This document shows, one piece after another, positions 1 through 10,578 of a stretch of DNA of 55,926 nucleotides. Numbering within the stretch: position 1 is the first letter of the stretch; each line of letters begins with the position of its first letter. The notes under the pieces were generated by a model. The model saw only the letters and a program-made list of their open reading frames with translations. It ran no database searches and was not told the origin of the DNA. Made by a program: the position numbers and the translations under genes. This DNA is from an uncultured Clostridia bacterium. GTDB lineage: Bacteria; Bacillota; Clostridia; Christensenellales; UBA1242. The stretch is from contig CALWGA010000010.1 of assembly GCA_944377825.1 (NCBI GenBank), forward strand, positions 1 through 55,926, read 5' to 3'.

Positions 1-695
1 TAGTTGTCAAAGAACTATCGCTGACAGCCACATCAGTGGCCTTTCCCTGCGTCAGCATTCGTATTCTAACACATATGAAAAAAGATTGTCAACACTTTTT
101 CAAAAAAAATTTAACTTTTTTTAAAAAATTTTTTTGATTTTTTTTTAAATCTTAGGCGTCTTTCCGTGTGTTCGCAAAATAGCCCTAAAAATAGCCAAAT
201 TTTCGCCAAAAAAAGTAAAAAATTTTTTAGACTTTTTATAAATTTTGCCGAAAACTATCAATTTTAGACTAAAATTTAGATTACCTCGGTTAAAAATTTA
301 TATAAAATTTTTGTTATTGTTCGCAAATTTATTTAACTTTTCAATTTAAAAAGGATTTTATCTCTTTATAATCAATTATTGTTTCTTATATATAAAAGTA
401 ATCATATTAATAAGCCAAATTTTCCAAGAACTTTTTTCATTGCAAAAAGTAATAAACGAAAAGCATGTAGGCGTAATTAAAAATCTAAGACATTGGATGA
501 TGTTGATGGTAACTGTTTTGTATATCGTTTTGATTTTATTATTTACTTATATATTCATTTTATATAATTATTTTATATATTATATAATAATCACTTTCTA
601 TTTATATTCTTCCATATCTATTGTGATTAACCCTACTATAAGGCATACGCTTGTTTATCTTTTATTATGCTTAGAAAAATTTATAAGTAAAACAC

Positions 696-724
696 TTGCT
701 TTAAGTTTAAAATTATGATATACT
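696..724 (+). promoter_or_regulatory. sigma-70-type promoter for tRNA-Leu
   Basis: TTGCTT (696-701), a 17-nt spacer, then TATACT (719-724). It lies 24 nt upstream of the tRNA 5' end. Confidence 0.5.
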
Positions 725-748
725 CCTTTCTGTTACAAATAAAAATAT

Positions 749-831
<83 letters not shown>

Positions 832-872
832 GACAAGAATTCATGGGTAAAATTCGTGGTTTTCTTAATAAC

Positions 873-909
873 AAAAGGCATATCAAGTTTAATTTGATAT
901 GCCTTTTTT
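873..909. terminator. bidirectional rho-independent terminator between tRNA-Leu and the convergent giant gene
   Basis: Perfect hairpin AAAAGGCATATCAA / TTGATATGCCTTTT flanked by A-run and T-run. Confidence 0.6.
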
Positions 910-921
910 AATTTGATATTC

Positions 922-3900
922 TTACCAAATGAATAGGTCACCACATGTGCCACAAGTTGACGTGATGTTTGTCACATTTGTGTGCGTGTGAGTCTGCGAT
1001 ACTCCGCTTGAAGAGTATACGACACGTGCGCGAGATGTGTAGGAGTAAGTTATCGAACCGCCAGTCGCTCTGCCTACAAGTCCGCCTATCGTAGAATCAT
1101 CGGTGTTAGACTTTCTCTCGTAGCATGTGTCGATTGTGGAGTTGTTGAGATTTCCTGCTAGATCTCCCGCATAACCTGCTGTGTCTGATGAGTTTGTGAC
1201 GCTGTTGCTTATCATCACGCTTAACATGGTATACTGCGCACTGTTATTGCCAAGCGTGCTAGTAGTGTATGTTCCACTTGCCCTACTGACGCTTCTAACA
1301 CTATTTCCATTCGTGAAGAAGATGCCAGTTCCGGAATCTTGCGCTTCCATTATGGTGGTAGTGCTGTCATACACACCCACTCGCTCTAACGTTGTGTCGT
1401 TGCCATAGCCGACAACCGCGCCAACATTTCCTCTTCCGCTGACTGAAGAGTTCATAAGAGTGAGGTTTTTAATCGTCGCTCCATCAGTGTAACCAAACAA
1501 GCCCATGTTCACCGCATTTCCGCCCACGATGTTCATGTTTTCAATGCGATAGTATCCGCCATCATAGACACTTTCAAATGAATTGCTCGCTGTTCCAATA
1601 GGTAGCATGTATCCGCCTTCAAAGTCAATGTCCGCCGTTTGAACAATCTTCTTCGCAATCGTCAAGCCTTGATAATACATACGATATGCAATGTTTAATA
1701 GGTCAGCAGAACTATCCACTTCCCAAATGCTTGAACTGTAGTTTATTGGCGTGCTATCAACAAAGTCACTGCTTGACAGCGTAAACTCTTCCTTAAAGTT
1801 GATGTTGACAGTTATGCTTGAAACATCGTTTGTCGGTATCATTTGGAATGAATAGTCATCACTATCTGAAAGCACAGTGCTACCAAGCGTGATGTTATCG
1901 AAAGAATAAAAGGTTGTTTCTCCTCTTGCTGAATTATAGGTATACACAAGTTTATCTGTCACAGAAATATTAATTAAATCAAATGGCTCACATGACACGC
2001 TTGTGCTACTTCCACTCACACTTACACCATTCACTGCAAATAGATATTCACTACTGCCTGCTGGCATAGAAAAAGTTGTTGTGCTTCCATTCACCCTTGT
2101 TCTTACCGTAACTGTGTATGGATTTCGAATATGGAAGAAAGTGAACAAGGTCACAGTGTTTCCGTTCTCACTCAAATTTCCATATCTATTCATGATGCTA
2201 TATAGCGACCAGTCCGCTAAGTTTGTTGTGCTAGGATTACTGTAACCTGAAGAAAAGTAGAAAGCATTGTCTGCAGTGTAACCGACAATAGGGTCCTTTG
2301 TGGTTGATCTCACAACTCCGCCACTCAGAACACTGTTTATTGAGATACTCCTACCGCCAACTGTGGTGGAAGGCGTTTCTAACATATTTGTTGTGTCCAC
2401 TATACCATTGAAATCACTGCTAAGGATATTGTATCTATCGAAACTGAACTGCTCACGAAAGACTGCTGACATTGGAATTTCTGTCGCTGAAACGGTGTAA
2501 CCATCCACATCGATGTCCGTTTTACTAATCTGCGAAGTAGCGAAGTAGTTAGTTTCGCCCACCAACTGCCCTGGCAGATATGAATTAGAGCCATATACCT
2601 CATATGCGTCGGTTAAATACAAAGTGTAATCGTATTCATATCTTTCAGATTCACAATATTTGAATGTTATCGACACTCTCGATCTGGGCGCAACTCCATA
2701 AAAGACATTTGCCGGCAGAAGCAGCATTGTAGTGCCTGCAGGAGTAAACATGACAACATCATTAGACCATAAATTTGTGACCGCAGTGCTACTCGAAAAT
2801 CCCACAGAATACCAATATCCATTTTTTGCACCGCTGACTTCCGCAACGTATGCCACATAGTTATTGCTTGTGAAATAATTTCTGCCCGAACTTAAATTCA
2901 TATAAATAATTGCTGTGGATGACGGACCATTTGTTATGTTAAACATGCTTGCCGTGTATCTACTTCTCTGTCCATTTCGTGCCCTGCTTGCATATCCTTT
3001 TTGAAATATGTAACTATCTGAACCAGAATTAACATAAGTTATATCAAGATAATAATTTTGTCTATAAGGCACCAAAACAACATCAAAAGCAGAGGCGTAT
3101 TCGTATATAGTTCTCATCGGAGTTTCCGGCTCTTCAGAAGTTTCATTATCTTCCTCAGGAAGAATTTCCGGACCGATAGGAATCAACCTATTCGCCTCAA
3201 CCTCGCCTTCTTCTATCGGCTCTTCAGTTATGCTTAAAATAAGGTCTTCTAATTTAAACGAAACAGTTAAAATTGAGTTGCTAGCAGTCCAATTGGAGGT
3301 AACCCTCGTCCTCGCCGAGTCCTCACCTTCCACTCCTTCAAACACAACATTGTTAAAATTTTCAATCCGATTGTTAATACTGTTTGTTTCAAAGTTAGAT
3401 CTTTCATAGAAGCCAAGTATCTCATAGTTATCGGCGGCAGTTATTTCCACTCTTACATCAGATTCAATATTTATATTACTTAATTCATTTAATCCCGTCG
3501 AAGTGTCATATTTCAGCACGTTATCCACATAGATTCTCATGTTTTCTAAACCTTCAGTGCCTTGTTCTATGCTTAACTGGTTAGAGCCTGTTCCAAATCT
3601 CTCTTCTCCGGCATATAGCGAATCACTCGTCCAAACTCTGAAATCGGAGTTTATCGTAATTGGGATTTCCACTTCTTTTTCAAGCACAATTGTTATATCA
3701 GCAAATAACTCATCATATGTTCCACCTAAGCGATAATCATAACTTGACGAAAAATCTTCAATTTCTATAGGAGATCCAAGTTCATTTCCATCAGAGTAAT
3801 AGATTTCAACATCATAGCCACCATCATTATATAATGTAAAAGGTGTGAAAACGAAATTAGTTATTGTGGCATAGTAATCATAGTTACAACTCGAATTTCT

Positions 3901-5730
3901 ATGTAACCCCCTAATCTTTGAGTCAATAGAAAAATCATCGCCCTCAAAGTCAGAAAGCGTGCCATCAGAATTACGCACCTTAATTTTGATATTCATATCC
4001 TTAACAAACCAAGAGAGAGTGACAGGAAGTGACGAATATAGACATGTAGATTCTGTCACATCCTCTGACATAAATCCAACACCCGTCCAAGTTGAAGAAT
4101 TGCTACTTGAAGAATAGGAACTTAAAAGTGATGAATACAAACTAAAATTTCCAGAAAATGTTTTGTTATTTCGAGCAGTGCCTGTGTTATCTCCGAAATC
4201 ATCGTCTTTATCTGAACTATCAATGTTTGAACCATATTTACCAATCCAATAATTTAAAGATTTATCAGAATCTGTAGCCATAGCAAAACAGTAGTTTATT
4301 TGTGCCCCGTCACCTCCAACCCAACCAGCGATATGGCCATATCCACTACTACTATTCCAATTCCCAAATATACGCCCCATGTTTGCGCAATTGCTTATAT
4401 ATGAAAATTGCCAACTACCATCATTGCTTCCATAACTAAGTTGCCCGGCTATTCCTCCCACACAAGAAGTACTAGAATTTAATAAAATAAGTCCATAATT
4501 CAAACAATAAGTTATAGAAATAGTGCTATCTGGATCGCTTGGCCCTATCGCATTATGTCCTATAGTCAATCCTACAATACCACCAGCAAATTTTCCAGCA
4601 TAATTTCCAATATTGCCATAATTAACACTATTGCTAATACTTCCAAAAGTTAATTGTCCTACAAGCCCACCAATAGTCGAAAAGTCACCATGGGATGAAT
4701 ATGCTGTAATTTCCCCAAAATTTATACATTGATTTATAATAAATTCATCACTATATCCAGTACCTCCTTCTGTAACTCCTAAATTAAGACTTCCATAATA
4801 CCTGTCCACAATACCTACAACACCACCTACTGCTAACCCGCAAGACAAATTTCCTGTTAACCAAAAACCTGTATATTCACCCGTTAAATCTGCATAAATA
4901 TTTACCTTATTTACACAATTACTAATACTTACCGTATTGTCATCTTCGTCAAACAGAATGCCACCTACAATACCGCCTACACATAATGTAAATTTAGTGC
5001 TATTACTTGCTGTAATATTAAAATTTAAGTCTATGTCTCCTTCAACAATTATATTGCTAATTCGTGCCGAAGAACCTCTTATCACTCCAAACAAACCATA
5101 ATAAAGTTGAGATGGTTTTCCGTTTAATAAGTAATACGCATTTGGAAACCTAACCACTCCACCATTTTCTTCAAAACCATTATTTGTAATTTCTAAATCA
5201 TGGCTTTCGTCTATTGTTAATCCACTTATTGTGTAACCATTCCCTTCAAAAGTGCCACGAAAATTCATAATTGGCACCCAGTAGTGAGCGGAAAGGTCAA
5301 TGTTGGCAGTTAACCTGTAAGTGCCAGTTAAATAATCCCTAACAGCGGATTGATATGCTATCCAGGCAAGTTTTTTAGGGGTATCTATTATATAAACACC
5401 TCCTACCTGGGTTGGTTGTGTATAATTCCCTGAATCCGTCCAGTATTCATCATCTGCAGACACCGAAACATCGCTGGAATCGTCAGCAATATCAGAATCG
5501 ATGTTTTCTTCTGCATTTTCAGATTCTCCGCTTTCAGAACCGTCATCAGTTAAAGAAGAGCCATTTTCAGTGTTGGTTTCGTCTTGGTTATCATCAATCG
5601 TCTCTTCCTGGCTTGTGGTGTTCAACAGAACAGAGTAGTTTATTAAATTAATAGAGCATAGTGGAATGATTGCCACAAGTAAGAGGCACACTATGCTCAA
5701 ATAGAATTTTTTATTAAATATATTCTTCAT
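922..5730 (-). CDS. giant secreted or membrane-anchored surface protein with GLUG-type repeats (1602 aa from ATG 5730)
   Basis: Long ORF. The N-terminus MKNIFNKKFYLSIVCLLLVAIIPLC is a signal or anchor sequence, followed by an acidic D/E/S-rich linker. GLUG-like motifs recur (VGGIVGG, GGVVGIV, IGGLVGQ, AGGIVGL, VGGIAGQ, IGGLVGR) with N-x-[SC]-x-N spacing. No LPXTG motif. The ORF track starts at TTG 5766, but that TTG is part of a TTGACA -35 box. Confidence 0.8.
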   Translation of the reverse strand: MKNIFNKKFYLSIVCLLLVAIIPLCSINLINYSVLLNTTSQEETIDDNQDETNTENGSSLTDDGSESGESENAEENIDSDIADDSSDVSVSADDEYWTDSGNYTQPTQVGGVYIIDTPKKLAWIAYQSAVRDYLTGTYRLTANIDLSAHYWVPIMNFRGTFEGNGYTISGLTIDESHDLEITNNGFEENGGVVRFPNAYYLLNGKPSQLYYGLFGVIRGSSARISNIIVEGDIDLNFNITASNSTKFTLCVGGIVGGILFDEDDNTVSISNCVNKVNIYADLTGEYTGFWLTGNLSCGLAVGGVVGIVDRYYGSLNLGVTEGGTGYSDEFIINQCINFGEITAYSSHGDFSTIGGLVGQLTFGSISNSVNYGNIGNYAGKFAGGIVGLTIGHNAIGPSDPDSTISITYCLNYGLILLNSSTSCVGGIAGQLSYGSNDGSWQFSYISNCANMGRIFGNWNSSSGYGHIAGWVGGDGAQINYCFAMATDSDKSLNYWIGKYGSNIDSSDKDDDFGDNTGTARNNKTFSGNFSLYSSLLSSYSSSSNSSTWTGVGFMSEDVTESTCLYSSLPVTLSWFVKDMNIKIKVRNSDGTLSDFEGDDFSIDSKIRGLHRNSSCNYDYYATITNFVFTPFTLYNDGGYDVEIYYSDGNELGSPIEIEDFSSSYDYRLGGTYDELFADITIVLEKEVEIPITINSDFRVWTSDSLYAGEERFGTGSNQLSIEQGTEGLENMRIYVDNVLKYDTSTGLNELSNINIESDVRVEITAADNYEILGFYERSNFETNSINNRIENFNNVVFEGVEGEDSARTRVTSNWTASNSILTVSFKLEDLILSITEEPIEEGEVEANRLIPIGPEILPEEDNETSEEPETPMRTIYEYASAFDVVLVPYRQNYYLDITYVNSGSDSYIFQKGYASRARNGQRSRYTASMFNITNGPSSTAIIYMNLSSGRNYFTSNNYVAYVAEVSGAKNGYWYSVGFSSSTAVTNLWSNDVVMFTPAGTTMLLLPANVFYGVAPRSRVSITFKYCESERYEYDYTLYLTDAYEVYGSNSYLPGQLVGETNYFATSQISKTDIDVDGYTVSATEIPMSAVFREQFSFDRYNILSSDFNGIVDTTNMLETPSTTVGGRSISINSVLSGGVVRSTTKDPIVGYTADNAFYFSSGYSNPSTTNLADWSLYSIMNRYGNLSENGNTVTLFTFFHIRNPYTVTVRTRVNGSTTTFSMPAGSSEYLFAVNGVSVSGSSTSVSCEPFDLINISVTDKLVYTYNSARGETTFYSFDNITLGSTVLSDSDDYSFQMIPTNDVSSITVNINFKEEFTLSSSDFVDSTPINYSSSIWEVDSSADLLNIAYRMYYQGLTIAKKIVQTADIDFEGGYMLPIGTASNSFESVYDGGYYRIENMNIVGGNAVNMGLFGYTDGATIKNLTLMNSSVSGRGNVGAVVGYGNDTTLERVGVYDSTTTIMEAQDSGTGIFFTNGNSVRSVSRASGTYTTSTLGNNSAQYTMLSVMISNSVTNSSDTAGYAGDLAGNLNNSTIDTCYERKSNTDDSTIGGLVGRATGGSITYSYTSRARVVYSSSGVSQTHTHTNVTNITSTCGTCGDLFIW

Positions 5731-5736
5731 ATGTTT

Positions 5737-5766
5737 ATTGTAACTAATTTTTGCAAAAAATGTCAA
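5737..5766 (-). promoter_or_regulatory. promoter abutting the start codon of the giant gene (candidate leaderless mRNA)
   Basis: On the minus strand: TTGACA (5766-5761), 18 nt, TACAAT (5742-5737), 6 nt, ATG (5730). No Shine-Dalgarno sequence. Confidence 0.5.
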
Positions 5767-5841
5767 ATTATTTTTATATTTTATTTAAATATAAAAAATT
5801 ACTTTCTACGCCAGCGCCAATAAGAGTTCCGCCTAGTGCAA

Positions 5842-6306
5842 CTAAATTTCTTTGTGTAGCCATTTAAATTCATTCATTTGGTTGATTTTTATTATTATAT
5901 TAAAATTTGGACATAATTGAACTAGTGCTTTATACATTTTTTTAGTGATATCTACAGATATCTCTTGCTGACTAGAAATAAAAGATAAATAGAAACGGCC
6001 TTTTGCGACAGGAATACTATCAACATCTATTACTTCATTCCATGGAATTTTTTTTATTTCCTTTTTCATTCTTTCTAATGCTATATAATTTTCTGAAATT
6101 ACAACCCTTGATAGAAGTCGTTTATTAAATATTAGTGAACATAATAATATTATTAGAGCAATCAATCCTATCAACATTAAAGGGTAAAAAGATAAATCTG
6201 TAGACATTAAAATTGAACCAGTTAAAAATATTATGAAAGATATTGTAAAGAAAAGTGGATAAATAAATAATAACTCCATTTTATGAGCCCAAAATTTAAT
6301 TGTCAT
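5842..6306 (-). CDS. hypothetical small membrane protein (2 TM segments plus a soluble C-terminal domain)
   Basis: ORF with an AAGGAG Shine-Dalgarno upstream of the ATG. It has two hydrophobic segments (LLFIYPLFFTISFIIFLTGSILM and LMLIGLIALIILLCSLIF). Confidence 0.6.
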   Translation of the reverse strand: MTIKFWAHKMELLFIYPLFFTISFIIFLTGSILMSTDLSFYPLMLIGLIALIILLCSLIFNKRLLSRVVISENYIALERMKKEIKKIPWNEVIDVDSIPVAKGRFYLSFISSQQEISVDITKKMYKALVQLCPNFNIIIKINQMNEFKWLHKEI

Positions 6307-6392
6307 ACCTGCTCCTTAATTTTTAAAACCAAATGCACTTCTTAATGCTTTTAAGATTTCTTTAAAAATAGAACTAATAGCATAAAATCACC

Positions 6393-7619
6393 CTAAAAAT
6401 TCCACTTTTCAACCTCTTGAAGAAGTGCCTCGCGTTCGTTTGGAATTTTGCCGTCAAAAACAAGGCTTAGAAGGTGGTAGAGAATTCGGTTGTAACTTCG
6501 GTTGTCAATCTTAGGGAAATTGGTCTTGATGTCTTCCTTATTAATCTTCAAGTCATTGACGCGGATGTTGAGACCATAGCGGATGATATACTTATAGAAG
6601 AACATATACTTGTTCATCGTGTGTTTACTTTTTTTGGCAAGCAGTGGAAAGATAACGCCGACATCGTCGAAATATTTAAAGAAATATTCCTTATTTTTCA
6701 TCTTGCGAAGCGCGTTATAGTAGCCAGAAATGTATATGAAAACCTTTTGAAATTGTTTGGTGCTAAAGCCGAGTTGTTTTTTCAAAAATTCCTCTAAAAA
6801 GGTCTCCAAACATTCTGTTTTTGCGGTGTCGATAATGTCGATAAATAGCCCTAAAATGCGGTCATCCACCTTCTTCACCATTTTATACTTAACCTTTTTG
6901 AAAGGCAAGCCAAAATATTGCCAAACACCAAGTTGATTTAAAAGTATAAGCGCCTTCATGTAGTCACTTTTAATCTCTTTATAGCGCTTGTCGCAGTAAA
7001 CAATCTTCTCAAGTTCTGCAAACTTTCTAGTTGCCGACAAATCGCCGATATTTTTCGCCATTAAAAAGGCTTGTTTCAAGGTCTTTTTTTCGATTTTAAG
7101 ATTTAATTCGCCGACAATTCTGACCATTCTCAAAATTCGCTCGCCGTCATAGTTTAAGACCTCTTCTGGTGAACCGATACAGCGGAGAATTCTCTGTTTT
7201 GCGTCCACCACACCTTGATAGTAGTCGACTATCTCGTCTCGGTTTATATTATAGTAAATTGCATTGATTGTGAAGTCTCTGCGCTTAGCGTCCTCGCGAA
7301 TATCCGACGTTCGCTCCACTTTCACTGGGCAATGCTTGCCGTTTTCTGGATAAAAGTCCTTTCGAAAAGAGGTAAATTCATAGTTTTCCGAACCCTTGCT
7401 GATTGAAATAGAATTATACATCGAATTTTTGATCTTGACCTTATAGCCATTCTGTTTCAAAATATCAATAATCTCGTCGATGTCGACATCGCTAGCAAGG
7501 TCCACATCTCCGCCCTTTATGCCCATAAGGCAGTTTCTGACATACCCGCCCACAACATACAAGTCCTTAGGAAAGATTTTGGAAAGTTTAATTAAATTTG
7601 CTGAAACAGGAATAAACAT
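6393..7619 (-). CDS. cca: CCA-adding tRNA nucleotidyltransferase / poly(A) polymerase family
   Basis: GGYVRNCLMG...GDVDLAS head-domain motif and RRDFTINAIYY. A GGAGG Shine-Dalgarno precedes the ATG. Confidence 0.85.
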   Translation of the reverse strand: MFIPVSANLIKLSKIFPKDLYVVGGYVRNCLMGIKGGDVDLASDVDIDEIIDILKQNGYKVKIKNSMYNSISISKGSENYEFTSFRKDFYPENGKHCPVKVERTSDIREDAKRRDFTINAIYYNINRDEIVDYYQGVVDAKQRILRCIGSPEEVLNYDGERILRMVRIVGELNLKIEKKTLKQAFLMAKNIGDLSATRKFAELEKIVYCDKRYKEIKSDYMKALILLNQLGVWQYFGLPFKKVKYKMVKKVDDRILGLFIDIIDTAKTECLETFLEEFLKKQLGFSTKQFQKVFIYISGYYNALRKMKNKEYFFKYFDDVGVIFPLLAKKSKHTMNKYMFFYKYIIRYGLNIRVNDLKINKEDIKTNFPKIDNRSYNRILYHLLSLVFDGKIPNEREALLQEVEKWNF

Positions 7620-7698
7620 ACATCCTCCAAACTAAAATTACAATATAATAAAATATTAAATTAAAAAATAATAAAAGTCAAGAAAATTGATTTAATAA

Positions 7699-7727
7699 TT
7701 GACAAATCGGAGAAAAATAATTATATT
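7699..7727 (+). promoter_or_regulatory. promoter close to the ATPase start codon
   Basis: TTGACA (7699-7704), 17 nt, TATATT (7722-7727), 8 nt, ATG 7736. Confidence 0.5.
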
Positions 7728-7735
7728 ATTTAATA

Positions 7736-10378
7736 ATGAAAAACAAAAAATTTAGAAGTAAGAAACAAAATGTGAATGATGTTCCTGTGGTTCGCTATCA
7801 AACCGATGTCGAGCATGGTCTATCTGAGGAACAGATTGCCGAGAGAAAGGAACATAAACTTGTCAACGACACAAAGATTAAAACTTCCAATTCCTATCTT
7901 TCCATAATCTGCAAAAACATCTTCACAATCTTCAACTGCATTTGGCTTATTATCGCCATAGCGCTTATCTGCGTTCAAGCGTGGGGAGATTTACTCTTTT
8001 TGTTTGTGGTTATCGCCAACACCGCAATTTCCATAATTCAGGAGATTAAATCTAAAAAAGTGGTGGAAAAACTTTCGCTTGTCACCGCACCAAAGGTCAA
8101 AGTGATAAGAACTGGGCTTCTTCAAGAGGTAAAGGGCGACGATTTACTGCTCGACGACATCATAATTCTAGAAAATGGCAATCAAATTCCTGCCGACTGC
8201 ATAATCGTCAGTGGAAATGTGGAAGCAAACGAAAGTTTACTTACTGGCGAAAGTAACTCAATAAAGAAAAATATCGGCGATGTGCTTCTTGCAGGCTCCT
8301 TCCTGGTGTCTGGACAGTGCTACGCCCGCGTTGACAAAGTGGGCAAAGACAACTACATTCAAACGGTTGCCGAGCGCACCAAGGACTTTAAACCGCAGAC
8401 CTCCAACCTTTTTAAAGATTTGAACAACCTAATTAAAGTCATCATCCTTATTTTGATTCCAGTTGGAATTTTGACTTTCTTCAAAGAGAGCGTGCTTTTA
8501 GGCTCGTCCATCACCGACTCCATCACAAGCACAAGCGGAGCGCTCACAGGCATGATTCCAGCAGGCATGTATCTTCTCATCACGGTTGGACTTTCTGTCG
8601 GCGTCATCAAACTTGGCAAGAAAAAGACGCTCGTCAAAAATCTCTACTCCATCGAAATGCTCGCGCGTGCCAATGTGCTATGTCTCGACAAAACTGGCAC
8701 CTTAACCGACGGCACTATGAATGTTGTGGACGTCGTTCCTTTTGACACCAAAAAGTCGAAACTAGAAAGCGTCATGAAAGTTATCTTACAACATCAAAAG
8801 ACCATGAACGCCACAAGCATCGCATTACTACAACACTACGGCAAAGACACCGAAAGTATGGTCAAAGAGGTTGTCGAATTCTCTTCGCAACGAAAATACA
8901 GTGCCACAACGCTAAAAAACGGCAAAACTTACTATCTCGGCGCACCAACCTTTTTGAAATGCCCAATCTCGCCTGAGCAAAAGAAGATTATGACAAGCAA
9001 TATGGAAAAAGGACTCCGCGTGATCGGGCTTTGCGAAACAGACAGCGCGTATGACGAGAAAGTGGCAGGTAAAAATGGCAAACTTATCGCCTTCTTCGTC
9101 TTAGAGGACCATATTCGAAAGGACGCGGTTGAGACGATTGACTGGTTTAAGAAAAATAATGTGAAAATTAAAATCATCTCTGGCGATGACGCGATAACAG
9201 TCTCTAAAATTGCCATGCGCGTGGGCGTTGAAGGCTATGATAGGTATGTATCTCTTGAAAATGTCAGTTTGCAGGAAGTGGCACAACTTGCCAACAAATT
9301 CACCGTGTTTGGCAGAGTGACACCAGAGCAGAAGCATATTCTCATTAAAACCTTGAAAAATCAAGGCAACACTGTGGCGATGACCGGCGACGGCGTCAAC
9401 GACACGTTGGCGCTTAAGGAAGCGGACTGTTCCATCGCTATGGCTGACGGAAGCGAAGTGGCTAGAAATATCTCGCATCTCGTTCTTCTTGAAAGCAACT
9501 TTTCCGCTCTTCCAAGCATTGTGAAGGAAGGCAGACAGATTGTCAACAACGTGCAAAAATCGTCGGTGCTCTACCTTATGAAAACACTCTTCACCATTAT
9601 GCTCTGCGTGACAACTCTGGTGCTGAGAATATCCTATCCTTTCACACCGAGACAACTACTGCTACTTGAGATGTTTGTGATAGGGCTTCCGTCGTTCATC
9701 CTGACCTTCCAGCCGAACAACGACATCATACGCGGAAATTTCATACCGCAGGTTTTGAAAAAATCAATTCCGTGCGCACTAATCTTGTTTATCAACGTGC
9801 TTGTGGTAGTGCTACTCAATGCCAACACCGACACGCTGTCGCCTGACGAATTTTCCTCGCTCTCCACTCTTTTGGTGGTGCTGACAGGCTACATCAACCT
9901 TGTGTGGACGTGCTGGCCACTTAATAAACTTCGAACAATATGCGTCACACTTTCCGGCGTTTTGATTGCTGTGGCTCTTGCCAGCATGAGTAGGTTCTTC
10001 TCTATAACCACCTATTCTCCTCATGTTGTCATCACTCTTCTTGCCATGCTCCTATGCACCATTCTTGTTATCGTGCTTGCCTTCTATATCAAAGAATGGT
10101 ATATGCACAAAAAATATGGCTTAACACCAAACGAGAAAGGCGTCATTGAAGTTCCAGCGGACGAACTGACTGGCGAAACCGAGTTTGATAAGAAATTTAA
10201 TAAACTCTTAAGCAGTTTCAATCGTAAAAAGAAGAAAAAAGACGAAATTGCACCAGTCAGCGAAGAGCAAGTGGAAGAACTCTTAGAGAACCTAAAAGCA
10301 AGCGGAAAGGCGCACCTTGACGAAGATAAAGACAACGAGTTTTTGATTCGTCTTGACAAAAGAAAAATTGAAAGATAA
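7736..10378 (+). CDS. cation-transporting P-type (E1-E2) ATPase with a long charged C-terminal tail
   Basis: TGES, DKTGTLT and TGDGVNDTLALKEAD motifs, roughly 10 hydrophobic segments, and an N-terminal Cation_ATPase_N-like GLSEEQIAERK. Confidence 0.9.
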   Translation: MKNKKFRSKKQNVNDVPVVRYQTDVEHGLSEEQIAERKEHKLVNDTKIKTSNSYLSIICKNIFTIFNCIWLIIAIALICVQAWGDLLFLFVVIANTAISIIQEIKSKKVVEKLSLVTAPKVKVIRTGLLQEVKGDDLLLDDIIILENGNQIPADCIIVSGNVEANESLLTGESNSIKKNIGDVLLAGSFLVSGQCYARVDKVGKDNYIQTVAERTKDFKPQTSNLFKDLNNLIKVIILILIPVGILTFFKESVLLGSSITDSITSTSGALTGMIPAGMYLLITVGLSVGVIKLGKKKTLVKNLYSIEMLARANVLCLDKTGTLTDGTMNVVDVVPFDTKKSKLESVMKVILQHQKTMNATSIALLQHYGKDTESMVKEVVEFSSQRKYSATTLKNGKTYYLGAPTFLKCPISPEQKKIMTSNMEKGLRVIGLCETDSAYDEKVAGKNGKLIAFFVLEDHIRKDAVETIDWFKKNNVKIKIISGDDAITVSKIAMRVGVEGYDRYVSLENVSLQEVAQLANKFTVFGRVTPEQKHILIKTLKNQGNTVAMTGDGVNDTLALKEADCSIAMADGSEVARNISHLVLLESNFSALPSIVKEGRQIVNNVQKSSVLYLMKTLFTIMLCVTTLVLRISYPFTPRQLLLLEMFVIGLPSFILTFQPNNDIIRGNFIPQVLKKSIPCALILFINVLVVVLLNANTDTLSPDEFSSLSTLLVVLTGYINLVWTCWPLNKLRTICVTLSGVLIAVALASMSRFFSITTYSPHVVITLLAMLLCTILVIVLAFYIKEWYMHKKYGLTPNEKGVIEVPADELTGETEFDKKFNKLLSSFNRKKKKKDEIAPVSEEQVEELLENLKASGKAHLDEDKDNEFLIRLDKRKIER

Positions 10379-10379
10379 A

Positions 10380-10404
10380 AGCATATCGTTTTGATATGCT
10401 TTTC
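10380..10404 (+). terminator. rho-independent terminator after the ATPase gene
   Basis: Hairpin AGCATATC-GTTTT-GATATGCT followed by TTTTC. Confidence 0.6.
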
Positions 10405-10578
10405 TTGTTAATTTATCTTTTTTGTTGATTTGTATTTAAGTTATTAAAAATAGTTATTATTTATTATCTTTAATTTTAAATTTTTAGTATTTTTGATATG
10501 TTTTCAATATTATTTTTTTGTTTCTTTTAAAAAAACTTCACATAAAATTTAACCATTTTTGCTAATTTAACAAGACAA

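Noticed and set aside
1-60. GC-rich hairpin at the left edge (GCTGAC-...GCCAC-TGAT-GTGGC-T-GTCAGC on the minus strand), possibly part of a structured RNA or the end of a gene.
   Set aside because: It is truncated by the window edge, has no recognisable family signature, and cannot be interpreted without the upstream sequence.
440-718. 92-aa ORF (TTG start) encoding a very hydrophobic I/L/Y/F-rich peptide.
   Set aside because: Its composition simply mirrors AT-rich spacer DNA. It has no Shine-Dalgarno, and its 3' end overlaps the predicted tRNA-Leu promoter (696-724). It is most likely not a gene.
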